This document shows, piece after piece, positions 1 through 14,602 of a stretch of DNA of 64,000 bases (positions are counted from its first letter, which is position 1; every line of letters begins with the position of its first letter). A program made the position numbers and the translations under genes. The notes beneath the pieces were generated by a model. That model ran no database searches. It had not been told where the DNA came from and worked only from the letters and a program-made list of their open reading frames with translations. This stretch comes from Vermamoeba vermiformis. Lineage: Eukaryota. Location of the stretch: positions 434,001-498,000 of the forward strand of contig JBEWZL010000260.1 of assembly GCA_045837725.1 (NCBI GenBank), in the 5' to 3' direction.

Positions 1-1029
1 CTCTGAATATGAAGCAGGTGAGTACCAAGACATTATTATTATTTATAAATACCTTATATGTTTAGGACATATTTCTATTGATTTTTTGTAATCGGCAATA
101 GCGCCAGGCAGATCTTCTTTAAGATACTTCAAAAAGCCCATATTATTGTACGTGACGTGCAATCGAATGTAGTTAGGAAATCTAACTATTAAGTCATCTG
201 TAGGATATATAATCAGTAATGTTATCAATAAATGAGATTAAAGTTTAATTTCCATTTTAGGTCCGGATGTAGAACTCATATTGTTACGCACCATAAATAG
301 ATAATTCAGCTTCAATATTTCCTGAATGCTCTCGTTCTAAAAATCCTCGGAAATGTCGAAATCTTGGCTCGTTAGGACTTAATTCGATCGCTTTTTCGAC
401 TTCCCTAACTGCGGCAGGAAAATTCTTTTTCATCCAATACTGCCGCGAATAAATAAAATGAAGGTAACCTGAATTAGGTGGCACTGTCTATAATGTTTTA
501 ATGACATTAATAAGGGTTTGCTTGTTAGTTCAAAATTACCTTTTCGGTCCTGCGCAATTCTAACAATGCACAAACTTTTTGTTTCGAGCTGTAATAGCAA
601 AAAGCACGTTCTTCTAATGCAATATAATCGTTTGGCCATAGAAATATAATTTTTGAGAGGAGTTCCTGAATTATTTTAAATTTTAATAAATTTCGACTTT
701 ATAATTTCGCATTATTTCGATCTTGGTGAATGAAATTGAAATTTTATACATACCTTTGCAGTGGACCAATTTTGCTGATAAACCTCATTGAGGGCGGCCG
801 AGAAAAGCATCGAGCGCTTCATGAAAAAAATTAATTAGTTCTAATTAATTAATTTTGCCGTATAACGTCATGTAAAACTCACCAAGCCTAATGTATTGTC
901 TTTTATGACATTGAGCATCGTTTTTGAAGTGCATCCGAAATCGAATGCCTCGAGGCAACTTAGTAATTTACAGATCTGCACGTTTATCTCCTTCGGCAAA
1001 TCTTCTATTAAAGACTTTATAATATTCAT
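1..1029 (-). CDS. F-box + TPR-repeat protein, multi-exon, 3' end runs off the window
   Basis: Exon 1 reads MNIIKSLIEDLPKEINVQICKLLSCLEAFDFGCTSKTML (F-box pattern), then a GTGAGT donor. Downstream exons are TPR-like: AAVREVEKAIELSPNEPRFRHFRG and YNNMGFLKYLKEDLPGAIADYKKSIEICP. Confidence 0.75.
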
Positions 1030-1316
1030 GGTGTTATTATCAGGTTAGAATTTTGGATCCTTTGCTGCGCTACCGAAACTTGCTTCGATCAGATTTCATA
1101 AACCCGTCTTTTTGCAAGATGCGTGTTTGATCGTATTAAAAATAAATAAATATGAATGTTCCGTATTGCTCTTCGTCTATTTCAAAAGAAATTAAAATTT
1201 TCGTTCAAAACTCCTTGAAATTTGTCCAATGAAAATTTAACCGCACGCAGTAAGTGTTGTATACCACACAACGACTATAATATGAAATTTTATATATTGT
1301 TTTAAAAGGTCATTCG

Positions 1317-2552
1317 TCACAGATCCGCTTCGAAGACGTACATTCCGAATTTCTCGATCGGTGCCTGGATCTTCTTGTGAAATTCTTCGCCAAACTCTGT
1401 ATCGAATTTGATATCAACAAGTGCACAATCCTTCTCTTTGGCAATGTAATAATGATGGGCAATACTTCGGTAGAGCAGATCTGGGCTAATAGATCTGATG
1501 CCAATAACCCTTCAGATCCGACGTGTTAGCGCATTTGCAGTAATATTACAAAGCATCTATATCACATACCATTTGCTTGTAGAGTCTCCTCTCGAGCAGC
1601 TAATGATCTCCACACGTTTACCATAAGCGTAGGTACTTATGGGTTGGTTCGGATCTGCTCGTTTGTTGACGTAGAACTCGGCACCTTTTTTTTCTTCGGC
1701 AAGTAGCGCATCTAGTTGTGGCAAGTAAACTGACCATCCAGCAACAAAGTATTTGTGTTTAGAGAATACAGGATGACTTTGTATCAGTGCGAACAGATCT
1801 GAGGCTGACACGCGTTCAAATTCTCGATCGGCATCTGCTTGCGAGATCTCGAGAAGGGAGGCAAAATTTTGCGCTTGCTCCATGTTCAAAAATACGCAGT
1901 AGTGATAATCAGCGTTCTTTAATAGCAATTTCTCCGCCATTCTCTGACCAGTTTTCGTTAAAAAGGATAGGGAAGAAATAATATACTTACAATACTTCCG
2001 TAGTTGTCGCTACCTGTCGAATAACGGTATAATTTTGCTCCTCGTTCTCGAGCAATCACTTTGCAATAGTCCAATAACGTTGTCTAACGAGTAATGAGAA
2101 TCAGATCGCGGTTGTGTAATTTTGACTTCTCTGCTTACGCCTAAATTCTTCTTTCTATGATCAGGATGCACTCTAGTGCCCTCAATCCACGCGGTTTTGC
2201 CTTCGTCAATAAATCTGACGTTCGTAAAAGCCAAAACCTTCGCATCTTGATCTTGCAGAGCCAACGGCACGCTCTAAAAATTTAAATAATTATTACATAA
2301 TTATCCTTATTATTAGTTAGTTGCTAATTTAGGCTTAGAGGCCCAATTTACGATACGCATTAGTTTCGTTTAATTTTAAACGGAACCTACCTCACTCGTA
2401 TTCAGCCAATGAGGAAAAGCATCAATTACGTAATCATAATCATGTACATGCCCTTTCCACGTTGCAGCGGCAATTTCTTTTACTGCTGCGTGATCCTCAA
2501 TTGTCATTACACGGATCGTGTATTCAGATGTTGGTAGTATTGCACTGGCCAT
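1317..2552 (-). CDS. GNAT N-acetyltransferase, NAT16/histidine N-acetyltransferase-like
   Basis: YTIRVMTIEDHAAVKEIAAATWKGHVHDYDYVIDAFPHWL; acetyl-CoA motif TAWIEGTRVHPDHRKKNLG; last exon ends GMYVFEADL-stop. Confidence 0.8.
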
Positions 2553-3728
2553 CGTGTCTTTGGTATCCAAAACAGAAAATAAGTTTCGCATTAACGAATG
2601 TCATCGATATCATTGTCGCTGACACGTGCAGCGAAGCTCAAAAGAAGATTCTATTGTGCGAATGTTCGCAAAACAAAAAAGTGCGCAAATCAGTTTCTTA
2701 TTATTGGTAGTAGCATCACAAAGCTACTGTTGATATATCTAATCTTTAGAGTAGCTGAGTGCTAGTGAAGGACTCAGGCGTTTGACGCAGGAATGGTGCA
2801 TTCGAATCCAAGAGAAAACGGTGCATTGAATACAAAACTGCATCTGCACTTTCAGAACTTTCGTTGTTGACCACATACAACAACGGAGCCTTGTTGAAAT
2901 GCTTCACTGATACCAGACGACAAAGTGCCGGCACCCAAACAAAAAACAGGAAATGCCCTCTTGCACTTCAAGCCAAATTCAGATTCTAGAATGGTAACTG
3001 AGGCACATATATTAAGCTCGTAAATTACCGGTAAAACGCCTTGATCCAATTTTTTTGCATAAGATTCAAAATGTTGGCATAATTTTTCTTTTTGTTGCTT
3101 TATGCCCAGCAAAAAACCACACAATTAGTAGTTACTTATTCATACAACAAAAAATTTCCTCGCTCCTCCAGAAGTGGGATCCAGATTAGTTGATTAACTC
3201 CTGCTCTGCGAATTCTCAAGCAACAAGCGATACTTAAATTCCGTTGTTGAAGATCTACAGATGCACCTGTACCATTGTTCACGAAATGCGAATTACGGCC
3301 AAATTTGTAAGTAAATTTAGAACGTTTCGATCGCTTTACGTAACCGCTAGTTTTTCCGTGTAGGCCCGAAAGCGTGATTAGCTTCCAAACAATATGACAT
3401 GTTCAATGCATGCATTTCGCATCACTCTTACCGTGCTTGAGTTCATGCAAGCTAGAGTTGATCCAGAAAACCACCGTATACCGAGATTGACAGATCTTGG
3501 AAGTTAGTGCCTCACGTCACCTCCGTGGACTTGACTGCCATAGAATATCGCTCGTTATACTTGAGTAAGGTGAGCATAACTTCATATAATCAGTTCTCTT
3601 GTTTCCAGTCTGATAAACCACCCCAACGAATACTCGACTTGGAATGGAATCACGTGGTTTTTCGTTAAGAGCAATCCTGAGTCGAGATTGTCAATTTAAC
3701 TTTCCGCACCTACCATTCACCACAACTG

Positions 3729-5707
3729 ATGCTCCGTTCAATCGTTTTCTTAACCGTACTAGTCCTATTAAGCTGGACCGACAGCGTACGAGCGGATATG
3801 CTCGTACAGGCCGTCAATGGAACTCAGTACAACATAACTGCTTTGCAAATAGTATATTCAGGTACGTATTATTAGCTAGCACTATACTAGAATTATAGCG
3901 ACATCCAACCATTTCGACCCCAATTTCTTTTCGGCACAATTTTAAATTGACTTACTTAAAAAAACGCACAAAATTACTCTAGAATCGTGACTTAGTATTA
4001 ATTTCCTACAATATTCCAATACTGTATAGTGAATTAGTGATTACCGACGTAATTATTATTATTTGCTTTCGGTAAAGCGTTTACCAAATATGGAAGTAAC
4101 TAACATCTAATGTCGCTCAGGCAACCCAACTCCGCTCATGGAAGCCTCTTTAACCTCCGTAGTTACGAACGCTGTAGATCAAGTTCAAGGCAAGATTTAC
4201 ATCATTCGTTCCAGTTTGCCTGTCGAAAAACAGATCACATCTGCCGAGCAAAATGGAGCCGTTGCAGCTGTCGTTATTTCGCCGATATATTGTAAGTACG
4301 CTCCCGTTGTACGGTATTTACTAACGGCATCACTAGTCGTCCCAGGCTATTTAATGTATCGCATGAACGATAAAAAGTTAGCGGCAAACATTTCAATCCC
4401 TGTGTTTGAAGTTCCCGTGGAAGACGGCAAGAAACTATGGTCTATGTTTAATGGCAATCAAATTCTGAACGTTACTTTAATGCCTAATCGTACGTAATCG
4501 CAAACTGATTCGGTTTGATGATCCGACCAATTTACTTGAGCACTAAAATAATCTTTGTAGAAATTGTGAACCCCTGGACAACAGTATTCTCATCAGGAGC
4601 AATTATATTCAACTCAGGTAGGTTAAACGTTTTTCCCGAGCCAAAAATAGATTTGAATTTTTCCTTTTTTAGTATTTCTTTGCTTATTCGCGTTGGCGAA
4701 TATCGGACTCGCTATTTGGAAATTAACTTTGTTCGTACGATTCTACGGCGGCTTCCGATCGTCCATGGCCTTATACGTCCTCTCGATAGAAATTTTTTCA
4801 AACCTAGGTAAGCGTTCAGTGAACTAGTCATTTAATACTTTTAACTGTCTAACGCTTTATTCTAGTCCGCTTTATTGCATACATGGATAATCAAGGCACA
4901 TTTGGGCTCTATCCTGAATGGGCTGTTCAAACACTGATGGAGCTCTCGATCCCGTTTGCGATCTCGTCGTACATATTGTTCACATTGTACTGGCACGAGA
5001 TGATGACCAATGCTACTATTGTCGTGCATCCATTCATCACCAAGATGAAGATTCCGTTCTTTGTTCTTTCAGCCGTTCTCGTTGCGCTTCAAGTGATCAG
5101 ATCTATTATTAGAAATGCAACGACACTCGAGTTCAACTTCAACATTGTGACAGGTAAGTTACTAGTCTCTTATATACCATGCGATGTCTAATAATATTAC
5201 ATCTTAGCCGCTGTGTATCTCGCCGTGTTGGTCGGTCTGATGATCTTCTACGCGGTGACGGGTGTCAAAGTATTGAAGAGGCTGCACACGAGCAAACACC
5301 CAGGACAACTCAATAGAGTGAGTCAAGGCGCCTATTAGTCACTTATATACTTTGGTCTAATTACATTTTTGTACTAGACCACTCGAAGAATTCTCGTTGG
5401 CGGTGCTTGCTTGTTGCTTTTTATCCTTTTAGCGATTCTATTTATCACTGGCGCTCCTTATAAACCAGTCGGTAGGTCACCTTCGTGCCATATATAATTA
5501 ATTCACTGTCTAATGTTCCATTTAGCTCTTCCAATCGTGTGGTCACTATTCATGGTCATCTTTGACTGTGCTTCAGTGATGAACATTCTTGCCTTCGAAG
5601 TACCAGCAAGTCACTCATCGAGATCTGGTGGTTCAACCTCAATCAAGCGTAACAGCGCGGCTAACACGGGTTCGGGGTCGGCTTCGGCTGCATCCACCGC
5701 ACTTTAA
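3729..5707 (+). CDS. Signal peptide + PA domain + 7TM receptor-like protein, copy 1
   Basis: Signal MLRSIVFLTVLVLLSWTDSVRA; PA motifs AEQNGAVAAVVIS and ISIPVFEVPVEDGKKL; hydrophobic TM exons with TLYWHEMMTNATIVVHPFITKMKIPFF; Ser/Thr-rich tail. Confidence 0.8.
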
Positions 5708-6327
5708 CTTACGAAAGCGGTAACGTTCCTAATTTTTATTATTTTTTCAACAATGTACAAATGCCACAATAAACAACAAATTATATTATTAATGTAACGA
5801 ACTTAGGCAATAGAAGACTCTAGGCCATTCAGCAACGCTTGAATACCCGGGAAGGTAGTGAACTTTATTTAATGTTTCCTAGGTTTAGGAAATTGTGGTG
5901 TGCAAAATAATAGCATTGGTGAGTTATTATTAACAGTAATACGGTAGATAAAAGTCGCTACATCATCGTTTTTATTTTTTCAAATATTCCAATTTTTTTA
6001 ACCGCCGCAGAATTGATAATCGTTTTAGCAGGCCTCAATGTACGAACGAAAGAGAATATGACTATTGGAGATCTCTGCCATTTCCCTCGCTTGCAATTCG
6101 GTCTGACAGATTCGAGACGAGAAAAGATCGGGACTCGCGAGTCCCGTATACGAATCGACTTCTTTGCGATGTTTTACGATAGATAACACATATTAGTCAC
6201 GCGTCATAACTAAGCCACTGGATTCCCAAACCGTCCGGCTCCAAAAATGAGGTCGGTTGGTGACTTTGCTAATTTTACCCAGATCCACAAAACAACCATA
6301 ACGCGAAACACAACCCAACTTAAACAA

Positions 6328-8410
6328 ATGCTCCGATCAATACTTAGTATCACATTGATAGTAGTACTATGGCATAGTACCCTCACGAAGGCAGATCTGG
6401 TAGTACAAGCTGTAAACGGTTCTCAATATGACATCAAATCGCTTCAAATTATTTACAAAGGTAAGAATAACGATATCGTTATTATAACAATAGTATATGA
6501 TAGTATAAAGAGGTATTGCTAATAGAGACTATTCGATTGAATCGGAATAGTTTTCCCGATCGAGTTCAATTTCGATTTTTTTATCCCAAATTGACACTTT
6601 ATTCGACTATTTTGTATAGTTTAACCAATAACCACCCTTGTTATACTCGAACTGAATCAATGGATGCGATGTCATTGCCTTTTTAGTAAAAACTTATGAC
6701 ACTAAACAATGTTATACAGGCAATCCGAGCCAGCCAATCACAGACTCATTTGTTTCAACGGTGACGACATCGATTGGCCACGTTCAGGGCCTCGTCTACG
6801 TCATTCGGTCGAGCAAACCTGTCGAAAATGATATCTCGATTGCGGAGATTAATGGTGCGAAGGGCGTTATTGTCGTCAGTCCGACGTTTTGTAAGTACAA
6901 CTTTTTCTTCGAATATAAGATAATAATTCTTTAATAAAAGATGATGCCGGGTACTTAGGCTATCGAATGAACGATAAAAAAATAGCAGCAAACATTTCGA
7001 TCCCAATTTTTGAAGTGCCTCTCGAAGACGGAAGAATTCTTTGGTCGTTAGTGACAAGCGGCCAAATTACTAATGTCACTATAATGCCCGACGGTATGTT
7101 AAATAATGCTCATAGGGCTTAAATTCCACTTCTTTATAATCTTTTGCACGTTAATTAATCTCGAATGTATCTCGTGTGACAATTTCGCGTTCTATTTTTG
7201 CATCGTTAATGAATTGATTAATTAATGACTATTATTTAGTGATTGATAACCCGTGGGTGCCTGTACTCGAATCAGGAGGTGCCATATTCGATTCAAGTAA
7301 ATACCGTTAAATATATAATAATGATTGATTTTGACACCTAATGTATTTCCTTTTATAGTATTTTTATGTGCTTTCACGGGCACGAATCTCGCGCTGGGGA
7401 TTTGGAAAGTAGTCTCGTACGTGCAATACTACGGTGGCTTTCAATCATCCATGGCCTTGTACGTCCTTTCCATTGAGCTCTTTTCCAACCTCGGTAAGTG
7501 ACACTTGACACGAATAATTTTTTTCACCCGCACTTTCTAACGCTCGTTCAGTCCGTCTTCTCGCGTGCTTTGATCCGCAAGGCGGTTACACGCTGTACCC
7601 TGAGTGGGCCGGTCAAACACTGATGGAGCTCTCGATCCCGTTTGCGATCTCATCGTACTTGTTGTTCACGTTGTACTGGCACGAGATGATGAACAACTCC
7701 TCGGTCTTGATCAATCCGTTCATCACTAAGATGAAGATCCCGTTCTTTTTGTTGGCAGTGGTGTTGGTCATTCTTCAAGTCATCAGAACGATCATCAGAA
7801 ACGCGACAAACCTCGAGTTCAACTTCAACGTTATCACAGGTGCGCGTTACTATTCGACACTGTAATGCGTACTAACACAATCATATAGCTGTCGTGTACC
7901 TTGTCGTCGTACTTGCACTGTTCATCTTTTACATGGTGACAGGTGTCAGAGTGTTGAAGCGATTGAAAGAGAGCCGAGAGTCTGGCAGAAACGTCAGATT
8001 GAACAGAGTACGTCAAATAAGATAGATAATATCAGTCTTTACTTAATTACTTGTATTAGGCTACCACAAAAATTCTCGTTGGCGGCAGCTTTTTATTGCT
8101 GTTCACTCTAATGGCCGTGTTTTTCATCACCGGCCTGCCCTACAGACCAATCGGTAAGTCCTCATAAGCACCTTATTGCTTCGCGACTGTCGCCTTCTTA
8201 ATATTAACGGCATCATTAGGTCATATTGTTATTTGGACGCTGTATATTTCCGTGTTCAATGCGGCCTCGATGATGAATATTTTGGCCTTTGAAATACCTT
8301 CTGTTAAGTCCTCTAAGACGAACTCGCATCGATCTTCGAATAAGCGAGACTCAAAAAACACTAATACGAACACTAATACCAATACCGAGCCTCCTTCAAC
8401 CGTTTTATAA
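6328..8410 (+). CDS. PA domain + 7TM receptor-like protein, copy 2
   Basis: Same exon order and motifs as copy 1: MLRSILSITL, AEINGAKGVIVVS, YWHEMMNNSSVLINPFITKMKIPFF, MNILAFEIP. Confidence 0.8.
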
Positions 8411-8748
8411 TAATGTAATTTGTGATACGGATCAAGCTAGTAAATGTAAAATAAGTTAAATTTCTATTACCCTAACCCAGGAGTCAGAGTCAAGTGCCGA
8501 TGTTTGGATTTGATCTTTAAGCGCAAAACAGTGGCTAAAGAATACGGCGTAAAAATTTATTTAAATGTTCGAATCACAACAGGACTTGAGATGTCACCGG
8601 TTGACATCCATGGTCCAAAAGACTCCAAGGTTCACCGGTTGAGGTAGTACTCAACTTATTTTCGGCTCTAAACCACAATCCTTAAGAATACTACTAGTAG
8701 CGAGCAGATCGTTGCAACGCTTATTTACAAATTTCAGCCTACGCAAAA

Positions 8749-11165
8749 ATGCTAAACAAATGGTCCCTAGCTTACTTTAGCGTATTTTATATTTGTCCTA
8801 TGCCATATAATAGGCGCTGAAGCGATATTAATTGTACAGAGTGTCAACGGAACCAAATACGAAATCGACGCAATTTAGATTATTTATCGCGGTAAGTATA
8901 ATTGCAGCATTTTCCAATGATATTATGGATCTATAAAGAGATTTCAAATCAGTTCGAACAAAACGCATCTGAAAAAGAAATAACCCCAAAATCCACTTCT
9001 CGCTAAACAAATACAAGTAATAAGTGTATTAGATTGTATACTAATAATCTTTAATGTACGTTAGGTAATCCAACACTTCCGTTAGCGGAAGCAGTGACAC
9101 TTGCCACCACGACAAATTTTAATGAAGCGAATGGTTTAATATACATCATGAATTCGAATTTACCAGCAGAAAAGGACGCTTTTGAAGCGGAGAAAAACGG
9201 GGCGGCGGCAGTAATCGTAATTTCGACAACTTTTTGTAAGATCGGATCTTCAAAGAATGAAACAATTGCTCCGTCAACTCAATGACTTATCTAATCCCTG
9301 TAGATACTGATCGTTGAATATTTAGATGAACCTGGGTTTTTGGTCTCCGTGTAAATGACAAGGTCACCGCAGCAAATTTGGCTATTCCGGTCTTTGAAGT
9401 GCCCGTGCTAGACGGTCAGATTCTGTGGCCTTTAGTGGATAGCAATCAAGTTGCCAATGTGACTTTAATGCCCTATAGTACGTAGAAATGTCGTTATTGT
9501 ACAGAGCTCTAACGATCGCCGAAGATAGGGAGAACGAGTGGATTGTGGTCATTTCTGGAGAGAAACAGAAAATAAAGACGCCCGGCCGAGAACCGCCCCT
9601 CCCCCCCACAGACCCACCCCCCGGGCGCCCCGAGGGCCGACCGGGCACCGCCCGAAAAGACGCCGCGACCAGAGACAGGACGAGCGGCGACGCCCGCGAA
9701 GCCCACGAAGCGACGAGCCCGCACAAGAGACCCACCCCCCACCCAACAACCCCCCCCCCCCCCACACCCCCCCCCCGCCCCCACACAGTCCGGACGGCCA
9801 GCCGCTCAAAACCCCCCCGCCCCCCCCGCCGCTTCCGTGAGCCCAGCTCAGGCGCCCCCAGGCTCGGACCGCCCCACCCCACCGAGCACGCGCAAGGGCG
9901 GCGTCTGATCTGGAATTTGGCAATTTGGAAATATTTTGGAAAAGGGAATTGGAATTAGTTTATTATTCTATTTTCATTAAGTTTGAAAATACGTATTCAA
10001 GACGTTGTCAAAAAACTTGTAAACAAATTGTCTCGAGTTTAAAGTTTGATTTAAATTTTTCCATGTTGTTTGGCTGCACGTAGAACTTCGTCCCTCAGTT
10101 CTTCAGGCGCAGTAATCGCCACGTCAGGTATTAAAGCATGATTTCCATATATAAGCGGCGGCTCTAATAGTATGGTAGTATTTTTATGTGCATTTTCGCT
10201 TGTGAATATGGGCTTGGCCTGCTGGAAGATTGCTGAATTCGTTCGTCACTACGGAGGATTTAGAACATCGATCGCTCTTTACGTTCTCTGTATCGAAATG
10301 TTTGCTAATATAAGTAAGTGCAAAACGGTAATAAGAGCTAAATCTAACCGTTCTTCAGTTCGGGTCATCTACAGTTTGAACTTTTCACCCGCTGCCCAAC
10401 TGTACCCTGAATGGGCGTCACAGTTCTTCACTGAACTTTCGTTACCATTTGCAATCGCTTCGTACATGTTGTTCACAAGGTACTGGCACGAGATGATGAC
10501 TAATGCCACAGTTGTCGTGCATCCATTCATCACCAAGATGAAGATCCCGTTCTTCGTTGCTAGTGCCCTACTCGTGGGCCTGCAAATAGCCAGATCCATC
10601 GTTAGAAACACCACCGAAGGAGATTTCTCGGTCGCGACATGTAAGTTAATAATTGACACGTGTCAAGCAAAGTGTCAAAGATTGACATTTGTACTCGCAG
10701 CTGTCATCTACCTCACCGTCATCCTCGCTGAAGTAGTGTTCTACGGCATTACGGGCACTAAGCTATTGAAGCGACTGCAGCACAGCAAGCACTTGGGTCG
10801 TGCGGTAAACCTCCGAAAGGTACGCGGTCATTGATTGGCGCGTACAAGTGCTAATTCATTCGCGTTAGAGTACGATCAGAATTATGGTTGGCATGGGCTT
10901 CGCAGTGATCTTTGCTGCCATCACATCGCTATTTGTGGCTCGTATTCCTTACCGCCCTATTCGTAAATTCTCGGGTCAGATCTGCTTAGAATTATTTTTT
11001 CTTACTGATTTATTTTTAGCGTTCTTTGTGGTATGGGGCGTACTTTCGGCAATGTTGGTTGCAGCCTCGTTGATGAACATCATGGCTTTTGAATTGCCGT
11101 CAAAACATTCTTCTAAAACAAGCTCCAAAGGAACAACAATGAACCAACGGTCATCAACTGTATAA
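8749..11165 (+). pseudogene. PA domain + 7TM receptor-like protein, copy 3, disrupted as assembled
   Basis: Paralogous exons are present. Exon 1 has a frameshift and an in-frame TAG where paralogs encode Q (IDAI*IIY). A C-rich tract at about 9560-10090 interrupts the exon after ENEWIVV. Confidence 0.6.
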
Positions 11166-12059
11166 AATCTGCTACTACCTCCTAAAATGGCCTGCCTTGT
11201 ATTAGCAAAGCATCGGTACTGCTGGGTTACGGCCAATTGTAAAATTTTTTGTAAATTCTAGATTAAAAAAATATGCTAAATTAGACGATCGCATATATTA
11301 TAATAAGCTAAGGTAACCCTTAACGTTGATAAAAAATTAGAAAAAAATAAAATATTGATTTCAATTTTTTAAAATTAATATAGTAATTATTAGAGTGAGG
11401 GTTTTTTTTTTTTTTTTTTTTTTTTTTTAATCAGCGGTGTGCACATGCTTAAAACGTTGTAATTACGACGGCGACTTGATCCTCCTCCTCAGGATTAACC
11501 TGAACGTGATTTAAAAAATCCATGGATAACTAAATTAATACGTACAGCAACATTGCCCGGAGCAATTAGCGTCGGAATATTCGAATTCACAGCGAGTGAA
11601 GAATTCCGACATAGCCCTGGTTGACATGTGACAGGTGACACGTGTCTTGCCGAAGAGGAAAACGAAGCAATGCTACAACCGCCATTGTCGTTGTTTTAAC
11701 AAACAGAGCACCACAACAAGCTTGGTTTGTTAAATTATTTTTTCTTTTTATTTTTGTTTTACTTGTAAATACAAGGGGCGTGTCTCTGGTTAGTCTGGTG
11801 TGACCCCACGCCAACTACATGCCCTCAATAAACGCGTGCCAGATTTACCCCCCACGAGCGTGAAGCGCAATATTCCGGAATCACTTTCATTAGGGACAAA
11901 CATGGAGAAATTTTATTTTAAGGGCATTGCCACCGGGAATGTTTACCCCGAGCCATTTTTTCATTATTTGTTTACAGCACGCAGCAGAAGGCCTCTTCAA
12001 GCCGTCATCTTTAGCACGAGAGATCCTACAATTATTTTTGCAGCGCTTGTCTCGTTAAA

Positions 12060-14013
12060 ATGTCACACAAATGGAGCCTCTTTATTATATATATAGTATT
12101 CATCACATTACTGGCTCTTATCAGAGGCTCTGAAGCGAAATTAATTGTCCAAAATGTCAACGGCACGCAAACCGAAATTGAATCAACCCAGATTATCTAT
12201 GAAGGTAATTAAATAATAATAATACTTATAATACTACAAGTCGGAATACACGGATACATTGTCTGAATGGAAAATTCTCATTCCCGATCAACCCGTCAGG
12301 ATGTCGCGGGAGGTTCTATCTCGAATTTCTTTTCGTAGTGTCATACTTGCAACTTTATACCGTTTAAAATCTTAAAGAATATTATTTGACGCTTATTGAC
12401 GCTTTCTTCCGCAGGAAATCCGTCGTTTCCTCAGGCGGATGCGGTAACGCTCACCGTCTCTACCAACATTAACCAAACCAATGGGCTAATATACGTCATG
12501 ACATCTAATTTGCCTGTCGAGAATGTTGTCTTGCAAGCGGAGAAAAATGGCGCAGCTGCCGTAATCGTTATTTCGCCGCTTTACTGTAAGTTCAGCCGTG
12601 GCCCTATTATCGATTATTATTATCATGCAAATGCTCGTACTAATTTTATATTTTAACCTGATAGATACTGCTGGCTATTTGCGGTATCGCATAAATGAAA
12701 AACAAATCGCTGCGATGATCTCTATTCCGGTGTACGAGGTACCAGTCCTCGACGGCAAAATCTTATGGCCGTTAGTTATAGACAATCAAGTACTCAACGT
12801 GACTATATTACCCGATAGTACGTATCAAACTGTTAATTATGAAGTCCTCTAACATACCTCGAAGACGTCGAGAATCAATGGGTTCCGGTCATGCAGTCAG
12901 GCGGCCCAATTACAGCAACAGGTATTGATCCATATTCTAACCATATAGGTGTCGGTACTAATAGTACCGTAGTGTTGCTGTGTGCATTTGCGTTGATGAA
13001 CATGGGCATGGCTAGCTGGAAGATCACACTGTTCGTGCGCTATTATGGGGGATTCAGAACATCGATTGCTCTTTACGTGTTGAGTATTGAATTGTTTGCC
13101 AATTTAAGTAAGTGCTATTGTACGAGACAGAACGAAGTTTTTCTAACGATGTCGTAGCTCGCTTTGTTGGATCCTTGGACCTTGTTCAAGCATTCCAGAT
13201 ATACCCTGAATGGGTCGTCCAAAGTCTGAACGAGCTCTCCATGCCGTTTGCGATCGCTTCGTACATGTTATTCACGCTTTACTGGCACGAGATGATGACC
13301 AACGCCACAGTTGTCGTGCATCCATTCATCACCAAGATGAAGATCCCGTTCTTCATCGCTAGTGCCGTGCTAGTATGTCTTCAAATTATTAGATCGATCA
13401 TCAGAAATGTGTCCAGTGTAGAGTTCTCTCTGGTGACATGTAAGTGTCAAAGATGACACGTGTCAAATGAGTCTGGCTGACATTTGTTCTCGCAGCCATC
13501 ATCTACCTCGTCGTCACAGTCGCTGAATTTGCCTTTTATGGTGTTACTGGCGGCAAGTTGTTGAAGCGACTGCAGCACAGCAAGCACATGGGACGCGCTG
13601 TCAATCTCAAAAAGGTACGCAAACCGTGGATCCGCACGTCCAAACAAAAACTTACCGCCGTCTCCTCTAGAGTACCGTTAGAATCATGGTTAGCATGGGT
13701 TTTGCCGTACTCTTCGTGATACTTGCTTCATTGTTTGTTGCTCGCGTTCCTTATCGACCTATTCGTAAGTTCTCGAGTCGTACCTCTTAGAAGAGGATCT
13801 GCTGCAGTCGCGTAGTATTTGTTCTTTCTTGTATCTAATATTAATCTAATAGCCTTCGTTGTGATATGGACGGCACTTACGGCAATGTTGAACGCAGCCT
13901 CGTTGATGAATATTATGGCCTTTGAACTGCCGTCAAAACATTCTTCCAAGGGTTCATCGAGCTCGAATAACTCAACAACGACTGGCGCTAATAATAATTC
14001 GACAACCAAATAA
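12060..14013 (+). CDS. PA domain + 7TM receptor-like protein, copy 4
   Basis: Signal MSHKWSLFIIYIVFITLLALIRGSEA; AEKNGAAAVIVIS; ISIPVYEVPVLDGKIL; YWHEMMTNATVVVHPFITKMKIPFF; MNIMAFELP. Confidence 0.8.
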
Positions 14014-14602
14014 TAATTCGATTGTTATCCACTAATGTAAATACTTATAATGAATGTAATATAAATATTATCAAACGCGATTAAAGAGACTTTTTTTTTT
14101 CGGATCCAATTTAGGCCTAAAAAATTGAATCCACGGCCACAAGAATGTATTTTTAGAGTACTAATGGAGCTTCCTAGTTATCGAGCACTCTAATGAATCA
14201 AAGAGGCGTCAAATAAAGGAGTATTATTATAATTACCACTGGATGAACAATATGGCTTACCAGGTAATTTATCAATAATTGTTCGATATAATACTGTAAT
14301 TATTGTAATTTTTTGACTTGAAAAACATTTTATAAGTGCGTGGATGTTTACGTGTTTGGAGATCTGCGATTTATAAAATTAACATTCTGCTTGAGAGGAT
14401 CGCTTGATGTATATAATATGTGGTGTTAGGCATTCTGCCATTGAATAATTAATCGAATCCGACTTATTCCCTCGCTATTTCCCGTTCACAAAATTGTTGC
14501 AAATTCATGAACTGCGGGACTCGCGTGAATTATTATTGCGCAATCCTGTTGTACATAGCACCACAATAGAATAGTTTATTTATTTGTAATATATTAGTGT
14601 AA

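Noticed and set aside
2746-3260. Overlapping short minus-strand ORFs
   Set aside because: No recognisable motif and no consistent splice model. It may be a decayed or frameshifted gene but cannot be supported.
9560-10090. C-rich, high-GC tract with several Pro/Gly-rich ORFs inside 7TM copy 3
   Set aside because: Strong strand skew and homopolymer runs, no terminal repeats or coding motifs. It looks like low-quality read-end sequence at an assembly junction rather than a mobile element.
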